A stretch of 64,000 bases of DNA from Eubacteriales bacterium (GTDB lineage: Bacteria > Bacillota > Clostridia > Oscillospirales > CAG-272). How positions within the stretch are numbered: the stretch's first letter is position 1; each line of letters begins with the position of its first letter. Positions 18,642 through 27,020 of this stretch are shown here, piece by piece. The notes under the pieces were generated by a model. That model was given only the letters and a program-made list of their open reading frames with translations. It made no database searches and had not been told where the DNA came from. The stretch spans positions 24,368-88,367 of the forward strand of contig JAZSMP010000347.1 in the NCBI GenBank assembly GCA_045535915.1, given 5' to 3'. The position numbers and the translations under genes are program-made.

Positions 18642-19067
18642 ATGATTAAATGCTTTAATAGTTTACCGGAAGACTCAAAGTATATAAGAGTAGAAGTGTT
18701 TGTGAAAGAGCAGGGCTTCAATGAAGAATTTGATACCGTAGATCTGCATGCATATCATTTTGTTGCATATGACCAAAATGAACGTCCGATAGGCACTTGC
18801 AGAATATTTACAGAAGATAATTCCGATATTTATTATCTCGGAAGACTTGCGGTACTGAAAGAAGTAAGAGCCGGCGGAGTTGGCAGAGCTTTGCTCAATT
18901 GCGCTGAAGACAAGGCGCGTGAGCTCGGAGCCGTTGAATTGAAACTGCATTCACAATGCAGGGCTCAGGTGTTTTATGAAAAATGCGGATATACCGCTTA
19001 CGGCGAAATAGAACTCGATGAGGGGTGCCCTCATATCTGGATGAAAAAGGTTTTGACAGATGAGTAA
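18642..19067 (+). CDS. GNAT-family N-acetyltransferase
   Basis: Acetyl-CoA motif RLAVLKEVRAGGVGRALL and C-terminal FYEKCGY; 141 aa. Confidence 0.85.
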   Translation: MIKCFNSLPEDSKYIRVEVFVKEQGFNEEFDTVDLHAYHFVAYDQNERPIGTCRIFTEDNSDIYYLGRLAVLKEVRAGGVGRALLNCAEDKARELGAVELKLHSQCRAQVFYEKCGYTAYGEIELDEGCPHIWMKKVLTDE

Positions 19068-20157
19068 GTTCGCGAGATTTGTTTTAATATGTTTAGTCAT
19101 TTCAATCGCATTGTGTTCCTGTAAGCAGGATATCCCGAATGAAGCTACAACAGATATCATTGATATATCGGATACTTTGAGTGAAACAGTCTCTGGAACT
19201 GAGACAGAAAATGCGGAACCGAGCCCTGAGACCGTGAGTGATCCGTACGAGATTATTGAAGTACCGAAACCCGATACTGATCCATACGCAACGATCTCCA
19301 AAGAAGAATTTTATGCCGATTATTATCCTGCCACCGATTATTGGGATTCGTATTACAGAACTGCACACGGTTTTATGTCAGGATCAATAGACGAGCAAGA
19401 TCAAGAACCTACCATAACAGAAAACAGACCGCAAGAGGACGGATTGCTTTTAAGAAATTCTTTTGCTTTGTATTCTTATGACGGACAGGCATATTCGGTT
19501 TTGAACTCTGAAGGTGAAATATCCTTTACGGTTTATAAAGGCGGTGCGTACGTAACAATTGAGGAAGTAGCTGCTTATGTGTTTGCTTTTGGAGACATTC
19601 CTGCTAACTATATTTCAAACAAGAATGGATCACCTTCTTATAGTATCTGGGGAAAATATTTACGTCTTAATCATTCTGCTTTCAGCGGAAGTACTTCAAA
19701 ATACCCGTATGAACCCGAATTGCCTAATATCAGCGGTTGCGGTGGATCCTTGTACTACTATGAGATTGATATAGGAACCACCGGAACCGATTGTGATCCT
19801 TCATACGTAGCTTATACATATAACGATGGATCGAAGATTACGAGAGGTGCCGCCAGAATAGTATATTCACGCTTTGATGCAAATCAAAATAATATAATCG
19901 ACATCAACGAGAAGTTTTTATTCTACACTAATAATCATTATAATGATTTCCGTGAGTATTTGAATTATGAAGGCGGGTGGGGAGATATTTTTGGCAATAT
20001 TACCGGAGGCGGTATGATATCAAGCAAATATAACTATAATCCTACACCGTATATTCAGTCAAAATTGAAGGATTTCAGAGATATCAATACTCAAAGCAAT
20101 ATAGATCATAGCATCTTAATTATTCTACCTTTCAACGAGAAAAAATATCAGTTTTAA
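19060..20157 (+). CDS. secreted (possibly lipid-anchored) barnase-family guanyl-specific ribonuclease
   Basis: Signal peptide ending LCSC, then an acidic T/E/S/P linker. The C-terminal region aligns by eye to barnase: VAAYVFAFGDIPANYISNK, YYEIDIG (Glu73 equivalent), TRGAARIVY (Arg83/Arg87) and FYTNNHYNDF (His102). Confidence 0.7.
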   Translation: MSKFARFVLICLVISIALCSCKQDIPNEATTDIIDISDTLSETVSGTETENAEPSPETVSDPYEIIEVPKPDTDPYATISKEEFYADYYPATDYWDSYYRTAHGFMSGSIDEQDQEPTITENRPQEDGLLLRNSFALYSYDGQAYSVLNSEGEISFTVYKGGAYVTIEEVAAYVFAFGDIPANYISNKNGSPSYSIWGKYLRLNHSAFSGSTSKYPYEPELPNISGCGGSLYYYEIDIGTTGTDCDPSYVAYTYNDGSKITRGAARIVYSRFDANQNNIIDINEKFLFYTNNHYNDFREYLNYEGGWGDIFGNITGGGMISSKYNYNPTPYIQSKLKDFRDINTQSNIDHSILIILPFNEKKYQF

Positions 20158-20171
20158 GAGAGGCAGTGAAG

Positions 20172-21479
20172 ATGGAAACAGTCAGAATAAATAGAAATAT
20201 CAAAGTTATAGCAAATTATGACACTGTTGTTTGCGGAGGCGGACCTTCGGGATGGATAGCTGCGGTTTCTTCTGCAAGAACAGGTAAAAAAACGGCATTG
20301 GTAGAAAGATACGGTTTCATCGGTGGCACGGCAACTGCCGGCTATGTCGTTCCGATAAGTGGTTTCTTCTTTAAAGAAAAAAGAGTTGTAGGCGGCATAG
20401 CATGGGAGTTCGTTCAGAAGCTTGAGAAGCTGGGCGCGGCTATGGTTGAGTATCCCAAAGGCCATATATCCGTTAATCCCGAATATTATAAATTAATTGC
20501 AAGACGTATGTTGAAAGAAGCGGGAGTCGAGCTTTATATGAACTCTTATCTCGCTGACTGCGTTAAAGATGGTAACAAAATAACTCATATTATTATCTGC
20601 AGTAAAAACGGTTACGAAGCAATTGGGGCTGATTGTTTTATCGATGCTACCGGTGACGGAGACTTATTTGCCATGGCAGGAGCTCAAATGCTTGAAAAAA
20701 CAAACGAACTCCAGCCGATGTCAATGTGCTTCGTATTAGCGAACGTTGATACTTCTACCGAGCTTTTGAAAAATTGCATTCATCATGACGGAAAACACGG
20801 CAATTCTCTTAATAAGGTGATTCATGATTATCTTGTAAAGCGTGGAGAAACCGAAGATGTTCCCCAGTTTGGCGGACCTTGGTTTAATGTTTTGCTGAAG
20901 GGCGACAGTCTTGCAGTTAATATAACGCGCGCCGAAGCAGATGCTACGAACAGAGAAGAGTATAGCAATGCGGAAGAAAAACTGCATGCAGATATGTTCA
21001 AATTAATAGATCTCTTAAAAGATGGTTTTGAAGAATTCAAAGATGCTGAGATCGTAGTTTCCGGTATTAACGCAGGTGTGCGCGAAACTCGCAATATTAA
21101 AGGAGTTTATACTTTAACTAATGAAGATTTCGCAAGCGCCATTGATTATGCTTGTCCCGTGGCGCAGTGTGCCCATCCCATGGATATTCATAAGGCAAAG
21201 GATGATGAGCAGGTATTGATCTATCTCGATAAAAACAGTTATATCCCATATGAAACCATGGTAACTTACGACCTCGATAATGTCATAGCCGCAGGCAGAT
21301 GTATTTCCGCAGAGCACGAACCGTATGCGTCTCTCAGAGTTCAGGGGACGCTTATGAGTATCGGTGAAAGCGCCGGTTTGGCGGCTTCTCTGGCCATCAA
21401 AACAAAAATGCCTGTTCACTCTTTACAGATTGATGAACTCAGAAAAATGATTGATGAACGCGGATGTGTGTGCAAATGA
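20172..21479 (+). CDS. FAD-dependent oxidoreductase (PF12831-like)
   Basis: DTVVCGGGPSGWIAAVSSARTGKKTALVER...GGTATAG. AGAGAGG lies 8 nt before ATG 20172; the ORF track starts at GTG 20166. Confidence 0.8.
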   Translation: METVRINRNIKVIANYDTVVCGGGPSGWIAAVSSARTGKKTALVERYGFIGGTATAGYVVPISGFFFKEKRVVGGIAWEFVQKLEKLGAAMVEYPKGHISVNPEYYKLIARRMLKEAGVELYMNSYLADCVKDGNKITHIIICSKNGYEAIGADCFIDATGDGDLFAMAGAQMLEKTNELQPMSMCFVLANVDTSTELLKNCIHHDGKHGNSLNKVIHDYLVKRGETEDVPQFGGPWFNVLLKGDSLAVNITRAEADATNREEYSNAEEKLHADMFKLIDLLKDGFEEFKDAEIVVSGINAGVRETRNIKGVYTLTNEDFASAIDYACPVAQCAHPMDIHKAKDDEQVLIYLDKNSYIPYETMVTYDLDNVIAAGRCISAEHEPYASLRVQGTLMSIGESAGLAASLAIKTKMPVHSLQIDELRKMIDERGCVCK

Positions 21480-22783
21480 TCAAAAGAATAATTTCCAGAG
21501 CAAATGAATTAAAGAGCGAAACTGTTGCTATCAGAAGAGATCTTCATAAATATCCCGAAGGAGGTTTCTTTGAATTCCGCACGGTTTCGGTTATAATCAA
21601 ATATCTTCAAGATATTGGTTTTGATTTCAAATACGGCACAGATGTTCTTGATACCGACTATGTTCTCGGGATGCCTGCGAAGGAAGATATAGAATGTGCG
21701 AGAGTTCGCGCAATAGCAGAAGGTGCCGATGAATCGATTGTCAGATCTATTGAAGACGGCGCTACGGCTGTCGTAGCTTCTATATGCGGAAAAGGAAACG
21801 GTGCTCAGAAGACGGTTGCTTTCAGATTTGATATTGACTGTAACGAAATTAACGAGTCGACATCTCTTGATCATAAGCCCAATCAATACAATTTTGCATC
21901 GGTTCATCAAGGCTATGCCCATACGTGCGGACACGACGGACACGTTGCGATCGGTCTTACTTTGGCAAAGCTGCTGTCGGAAAATATTGAACGTTTTTCC
22001 GGAACAGTCAAACTGATTTTTCAGCCCGCTGAAGAAGGAGTACGCGGTGCAAGACCAATGGTTGCGGCGGGCGTGGTTGACGGCGTTGATTATTTCTTTT
22101 CCGGCCATATTGGAATTGCCGCCAAACAGTCAAAAACGATTTATTCATCAACAGAAGGATTTTTGTGCGCAAGTAAATTCGATGCAGACTTCTTCGGCAC
22201 GAGTTCTCACGCAGGTTTAAAACCCGAAGAAGGGAAGAATGCTCTTCTTGCTGCGGCGCAGGCTGCTCTTTCTTTGCATGCGATCTCGAGGCATTCAGCA
22301 GGAGCTTCACGCATAAATGTTGGCGTTATTTCAGGTGGAAGCGGCAGAAACGTTATTCCGTCATTTGCTCAGATACAATTTGAAACGCGCGGAGAAACTT
22401 CGGAGATAAATGAGTATATGAAGTCGAGGGCGGAAACGATTGTTGAAGCATCTGCGCTCATGTATGATGTTGAATACAAACTTGAATGCGTCGGTGATGC
22501 TGAATGCTTTTCTGTTCAAGATGATTTTGGAGAAGAAATTGCGGCTGAAGCCCTTAATTGCCGCATATTTGATAACGTTGGCGTCAAAGGTAATATGAAT
22601 GCCAGTGAAGATTGTACTGCATTTATGAACCGTGTTATTTCTCGCGGAGGTAAGGCCACTTATATGATGTTCGGTGCTGACTTGGTGTCGAATCATCATA
22701 CCCCCGAGTTCGATTTTGACGAGCAGACTATGACAGACACGGCGGCATTCTTAACTATCCTTGCATTGAAATACGCAAAATAA
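21476..22783 (+). CDS. M20D-family amidohydrolase (hippurate hydrolase/AbgA-like)
   Basis: AHTCGHDGHVAIGL and LIFQPAEEGVRGA metal-binding motifs. ATGA start/stop overlap with the preceding flavoprotein; the ORF track starts at 21464. Confidence 0.85.
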   Translation: MIKRIISRANELKSETVAIRRDLHKYPEGGFFEFRTVSVIIKYLQDIGFDFKYGTDVLDTDYVLGMPAKEDIECARVRAIAEGADESIVRSIEDGATAVVASICGKGNGAQKTVAFRFDIDCNEINESTSLDHKPNQYNFASVHQGYAHTCGHDGHVAIGLTLAKLLSENIERFSGTVKLIFQPAEEGVRGARPMVAAGVVDGVDYFFSGHIGIAAKQSKTIYSSTEGFLCASKFDADFFGTSSHAGLKPEEGKNALLAAAQAALSLHAISRHSAGASRINVGVISGGSGRNVIPSFAQIQFETRGETSEINEYMKSRAETIVEASALMYDVEYKLECVGDAECFSVQDDFGEEIAAEALNCRIFDNVGVKGNMNASEDCTAFMNRVISRGGKATYMMFGADLVSNHHTPEFDFDEQTMTDTAAFLTILALKYAK

Positions 22784-22795
22784 AAAAGGTGAATC

Positions 22796-23572
22796 ATGTA
22801 TCCGTACGATGTTATTTTTGGAATGAATCTATATGATATTTTTCTTGCTATTGGAGTAATATCCGCTTTGCTTTTTGCAAGAATATTTGCTGACCGGGAC
22901 AACGTCAGTGCAAAATTGTTTAATTTCATACTCATTAACGGAATTTCGGCAATAGTGTTGGGCTATTGTAGTGCGGTTTTAGCACAAGCTGTGTACAATT
23001 GGCTCGATGGCGAAGCCTTTGTCATCAACGCAACAACGGGTGCAACGTTTCTTGGCGGACTGGTTGGCGGGGTTGTTACGTTTTTGATCGGATATTTTAT
23101 TATAGGCCACTTCATATTCACCGAACGTGAGAATATAAAATATTTTCCCCGTCTTCTTGATGTTGCTTCCGCTTCGATAACAAGTGCGCACGGTTTTGGC
23201 AGAGTGGGTTGTCTGATGGTGGGGTGCTGCTATGGATGCAGGACGGATGCGTGGTATGGAATTTACCATGTTGATCTGGGGGCAAAAGTAGTTCCTATTC
23301 AACTATTTGAAGCATTGTTTCTGTTTTTGCTTTGTGGGCTTACCGTTTTACTGCTTGTTAAGAAAATTCCCGGTGCAATGGCTTTGTATATGAGCTCATA
23401 CGGCATATGGAGGTTCGTCATCGAATATTTTCGTGATGATGACAGGGGTAGCACATTTGTTGAATTTCTGACCCCTTCTCAGCTGGTCTCTCTTGTTCTT
23501 TTAGCAGGATCGATTATTGTTTATATTTATTCTGTTCGAATAAGCAAAATGAAGGAGTCGGCTGATGAATAA
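22796..23572 (+). CDS. lgt: prolipoprotein diacylglyceryl transferase
   Basis: GRVGCLMVGCCYG and YGIWRFVIEYFRDD signatures in a polytopic membrane protein. Confidence 0.9.
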   Translation: MYPYDVIFGMNLYDIFLAIGVISALLFARIFADRDNVSAKLFNFILINGISAIVLGYCSAVLAQAVYNWLDGEAFVINATTGATFLGGLVGGVVTFLIGYFIIGHFIFTERENIKYFPRLLDVASASITSAHGFGRVGCLMVGCCYGCRTDAWYGIYHVDLGAKVVPIQLFEALFLFLLCGLTVLLLVKKIPGAMALYMSSYGIWRFVIEYFRDDDRGSTFVEFLTPSQLVSLVLLAGSIIVYIYSVRISKMKESADE

Positions 23573-24359
23573 AAGAAGACTATTTATGCTGTATCTGCTT
23601 ATTCCTTCGCTTGCCCTGGTGTTTCTTGAAACATGTCCGATAGTCTATTCAAGCAATGCGGTACTTGATCCATTGATCAAAGTTATCATCACTCGTTCTG
23701 TGGGTTGTTTGGTATTTGTCCCGCTGTCCGTTTATATGGGATATAATATTTTTGGTTTGACTTCAAATAACAGAACTCGGATTTTGATCTGCACTTTGAT
23801 CCCGTTAGCCGTTGTTGTAAATAATTTACCGATCATAGGCTTACTCACCGGAAACGCATACATAACAGAACCATTGTCCTTTATACCAATATTTGCACTC
23901 GAAACGTTAATGATCGGCATGTTTGAAGAATTTGCTTTCAGAGGCGTCTTATTTCCGTATGTTTTGGAAAACAGAAGGTCGTCAACTGCAAATATTTTTT
24001 TGGCAACAGTCATTTCGTCCGCGGCTTTTGGTGCGGTACATCTTCTGAATATATTTGCAGGAGCAGGTATAGGAGGCGTTCTTTTGCAAGTAGGTTATTC
24101 CTTCTTAATAGGCGGAATGTGCTCAATTGTTTTGTTGTATACACGATGTATTTGGATATGTGTAGCGCTTCATGCAATATATGACTTTTGCGGTTATCTT
24201 GTTCCGACGCTCGGTGACGGAATAATCTGGGATCCGATAACGGTAATAATAACTACGGTCCTGGGAATATTTGCATTGATCTTTATGACCATGTGGCTTT
24301 TGAAAATCAAGCCTGAACGCGTTAATGAACTTTATAACAATAACGCAACATCCGAATAA
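23565..24359 (+). CDS. CPBP-family intramembrane glutamic endopeptidase-like protein
   Basis: CPBP motifs MFEEFAFRGVLF (EExxxR), FGAVHLLN (FxxxH) and LHAIYDF (HxxxD). 8-nt overlap with lgt. Confidence 0.85.
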   Translation: MNKRRLFMLYLLIPSLALVFLETCPIVYSSNAVLDPLIKVIITRSVGCLVFVPLSVYMGYNIFGLTSNNRTRILICTLIPLAVVVNNLPIIGLLTGNAYITEPLSFIPIFALETLMIGMFEEFAFRGVLFPYVLENRRSSTANIFLATVISSAAFGAVHLLNIFAGAGIGGVLLQVGYSFLIGGMCSIVLLYTRCIWICVALHAIYDFCGYLVPTLGDGIIWDPITVIITTVLGIFALIFMTMWLLKIKPERVNELYNNNATSE

Positions 24360-24373
24360 AGGATGTTGCGTTA
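24341..24373. terminator. bidirectional terminator (CPBP gene / rnhA)
   Basis: TAACGCAACATCC-gaataaa-GGATGTTGCGTTA followed by a T-rich tract. Overlaps the CPBP stop codon. Confidence 0.8.
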
Positions 24374-24378
24374 TTATT

Positions 24379-24816
24379 TTATTTGTATTTGTCTGCCGAA
24401 GATGTAGCTAAAGCATCGCATCTTTCATTGTAAGGATGACCGGCATGCCCTTTGACCCATACGAATGTTACGTCATGCTTGTCAAGTAGACCCAAGAGCC
24501 TTTCCCAAAGATCGGAGTTAGCGGCAGGTTCTTTGTTGGAACGCATCCAACCCTTACGTTTCCATGAATATACCCAACCTTGGGTAACTGCATCGCATAA
24601 GTATTTTGAATCTGTTGTAAGAGTGACTTTACATGGATATTTAAGTTGTTCCAATGCCTTGATGGCTCCCAGCAACTCCATACGGTTATTTGTAGTCGAA
24701 CTTTCTCCGTCTGTAAGTTCTTTCTCGTGTTCACCAAACACAAGTATAGCTCCCCAACCTCCGGGACCGGGGTTGCCTTTGCAAGCACCGTCTGTATATA
24801 TTTGAACTTCCTTCAT
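24379..24816 (-). CDS. rnhA: ribonuclease HI
   Basis: [29 protein letters not shown] and [21 protein letters not shown] lies 8 nt before ATG 24816; the ORF track extends to 24855. Confidence 0.9.
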   Translation of the reverse strand: MKEVQIYTDGACKGNPGPGGWGAILVFGEHEKELTDGESSTTNNRMELLGAIKALEQLKYPCKVTLTTDSKYLCDAVTQGWVYSWKRKGWMRSNKEPAANSDLWERLLGLLDKHDVTFVWVKGHAGHPYNERCDALATSSADKYK

Positions 24817-24934
24817 TTTTAACCTCTGTAGACTTGTTACATTATAGTATACCATATTTTTTTATAAATTTCAACTTTGCAGGAAAATTATTATCAAAAA
24901 CGATCATGATTTTTAATTATTTACAAAATATCAA

Positions 24935-24963
24935 TTGCTTTTTTCGTGTAAATACTGTATAAT
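24935..24963 (+). promoter_or_regulatory. promoter of the 25002 gene
   Basis: TTGCTT (24935-24940), a 17-nt spacer, then TATAAT (24958-24963) with TG at the extended -10 position. Confidence 0.55.
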
Positions 24964-25001
24964 TGTTAAATAATTTATTATCTTGAAAGCTGGATCACGA
25001 T

Positions 25002-25943
25002 ATGAGAAAAAAGGACAAGATGAATATTGTTCAAGAAGAAAATACTGAAAAGCGTCTTCAGTACAAAAAGAGACGGTTTAAACTCGGTGACCGCAAGGAT
25101 GGCAGAAAACTGCGTACATTGCAGCCGATGAACAGGCTCATGCCCTACATAATGAAAAAGAGAAGCGATGCTCAAAATACGTTCGCTGATAAGATCGAAG
25201 TATCAAAAGCAGATCTTTTATGCCGAAAAAAGGTTCTTGAAGGAAAAACGAACTTTTCTTTTTTACATGTGCTTTTGGCTGCTTATCTCAGAGTTATAAC
25301 TCAGCGTCCTGCGGTTAACCGTTTTGTAAGCGGTCAGAAGATCTATGCCAGAAACGAAATTGTTTTCGTTATGACAATTAAGAAAGAAATGTCACTCAGC
25401 GCACCGGATACTGTTATCAAGGTGAAGTTTTCGCCGGATGATACTCTTGATGAAGTGTATGAGAAATTTAACGTTGTTGCAACCAACGCAATCGAATCTC
25501 TTGATAAACAAACTTCATTTGACAAACTTATGAAACTCTTCAATTTGATCCCCGGTTTCGTACTGAGATTTATTGTATGGCTTGTAGAGAAACTTGATTA
25601 TGTTGGTTGGCTACCCAAAGGATTTATGGATCTCCTTCCTTTTTACGGTTCGATGATCGTAACGAGTATGGGGTCTCTTGGAATCAATCCTATTTATCAC
25701 CATATTTACGATTTCGGAAATCTTCCGGTTTTCCTTTCTTATGGAAGAAAGCGTACTGTTTTTGAGTATGATAAGACAGGAGCACTTAACAAGAAGAGAT
25801 ATATTGATTTGAAAGCCGTAACCGATGAGCGTATTTGCGACGGCTATTATTTTGCATCTGCTTTCAAGTACTTCAAGAAGCTTATAGAGTCTCCCGATAT
25901 TCTTGAAACAAGACCTACAGAAATTATCGAAGATATAGACTAA
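25002..25943 (+). CDS. 2-oxoacid dehydrogenase E2 / CAT-like acyltransferase-fold protein (catalytic domain only, atypical motif)
   Basis: C-terminal LKAVTDERICDGYYFASAFKYFKKLIESP resembles the E2 catalytic motif DHRxxDG...F...L..P, but with Glu in place of His. Basic N-terminus. Confidence 0.6.
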   Translation: MRKKDKMNIVQEENTEKRLQYKKRRFKLGDRKDGRKLRTLQPMNRLMPYIMKKRSDAQNTFADKIEVSKADLLCRKKVLEGKTNFSFLHVLLAAYLRVITQRPAVNRFVSGQKIYARNEIVFVMTIKKEMSLSAPDTVIKVKFSPDDTLDEVYEKFNVVATNAIESLDKQTSFDKLMKLFNLIPGFVLRFIVWLVEKLDYVGWLPKGFMDLLPFYGSMIVTSMGSLGINPIYHHIYDFGNLPVFLSYGRKRTVFEYDKTGALNKKRYIDLKAVTDERICDGYYFASAFKYFKKLIESPDILETRPTEIIEDID

Positions 25944-25968
25944 GAAAAAGCCCCTTGGGGCTTTTTCT
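25944..25968. terminator. bidirectional terminator (25002 gene / nucleoside phosphorylase)
   Basis: GAAAAAGCCCC-tt-GGGGCTTTTTC. Confidence 0.85.
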
Positions 25969-25969
25969 G

Positions 25970-26737
25970 TTACTGTTGTTCTATCATAATCTGAACAGCT
26001 CTGACAGCAGTTCTGATTGCCTTGTCGGTATCATGATCCTCTTCTGCATCTGTATCGAGTCCGAGAGCAGCTCGCTCCTGATTCCAAACAACATGGAAAA
26101 CAGCACCGCATCTGACGCCTAAAGCTGCGCCGACAACAAATAGCGTGGACGCTTCCATCTCGCTTGCCAGAACGCCCAGGCGTTTCCACGCCTCCCATTT
26201 TTCATTGAGAGCAGTCGCAGTGGGCATTTTATTTGGGCTATGTTGTCCGTAGAACGAATCTTTGCTTTGAACGACACCTGCATGATAAGGATAACCGATA
26301 TCTTTGGCTGATTCAATTAAAGCGAACAAGACATCGGGATCGGATACGGCTGGAAACTCGTATGGTGCGTATTCACCGCTCGTTCCATCCTGACGTACGG
26401 CACCGGTTGCTACGACTACATCGCCGGCTCTTACGATAGTCGATATGCCTCCGCTGGTTCCTACTCTGATAAATGTGTGTGCACCGCAAGCGGCAAGCTC
26501 TTCAACAGCAATAGCAGTTGATGGACCCCCGATACCGGTGGAACATACCGATACACGCTCGCCCAGTAAAGTTCCGGTAAAAATTGTATATTCGCGGTTT
26601 TGCGAGACGAGAACCGGATCTTCAAGATATGCGGCTATTTTAGGAACTCTTCCTGGATCGCCGGGAAGGATACAGTAGCCTCCGATATCTCCGGGACAGC
26701 AGTTGATATGATATTGCAGACCTTCGGTTTTTAACAT
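25970..26737 (-). CDS. nucleoside phosphorylase, PNP_UDP_1 family (uridine phosphorylase-like)
   Basis: [25 protein letters not shown] and [10 protein letters not shown] motifs; 255 aa. Confidence 0.85.
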   Translation of the reverse strand: MLKTEGLQYHINCCPGDIGGYCILPGDPGRVPKIAAYLEDPVLVSQNREYTIFTGTLLGERVSVCSTGIGGPSTAIAVEELAACGAHTFIRVGTSGGISTIVRAGDVVVATGAVRQDGTSGEYAPYEFPAVSDPDVLFALIESAKDIGYPYHAGVVQSKDSFYGQHSPNKMPTATALNEKWEAWKRLGVLASEMEASTLFVVGAALGVRCGAVFHVVWNQERAALGLDTDAEEDHDTDKAIRTAVRAVQIMIEQQ

Positions 26738-26874
26738 AATTAACCTCCGTGAGTTTTGATATATATATTATCGCAGAAAATTAACAAAAAATCAAGTGGT
26801 TTTGTGAAAATTATCATTTTATTATTCTTAAAAATGAACGCCGAATGAAAATTATATACATAATTTGACAATCC

Positions 26875-26887
26875 GTTGCATTGCAAC
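26875..26887. promoter_or_regulatory. perfect palindrome GTTGCA-T-TGCAAC upstream of the citrate synthase operon (candidate operator)
   Basis: Read directly from the sequence. A further GTTGCA half-site lies at 26898-26903, and the -35 hexamer itself is TTGCAA. Confidence 0.35.
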
Positions 26888-26959
26888 AATGCTAAAGTTG
26901 CATAATTGCGTGAAAATTAAATAATATTGCGCTAAAAATGAAAAGTTTTGTCAAAAGAC

Positions 26960-26988
26960 TTGCAATTTGTATGAACTTGTAGTATAAT
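26960..26988 (+). promoter_or_regulatory. promoter of the citrate synthase-aconitase-IDH operon
   Basis: TTGCAA (26960-26965), a 17-nt spacer, then TATAAT (26983-26988). GGAGG RBS before ATG 27021. Confidence 0.6.
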
Positions 26989-27020
26989 ATTAAGAAATTA
27001 TTAAAGATGGAGGAACAGAT

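Noticed and set aside
18642-20165. Search for a barstar-like inhibitor ORF next to the barnase-like RNase
   Set aside because: The only small ORFs nearby (18951..19301 and 19102..19368, minus strand) are antisense shadow ORFs with no barstar-like sequence. Absence of an inhibitor is reported as part of a finding, not as a feature.
21509-22108. 199-aa minus-strand ORF inside the M20 amidohydrolase gene
   Set aside because: Antisense shadow ORF; the plus-strand product has clear M20D metal-binding motifs.
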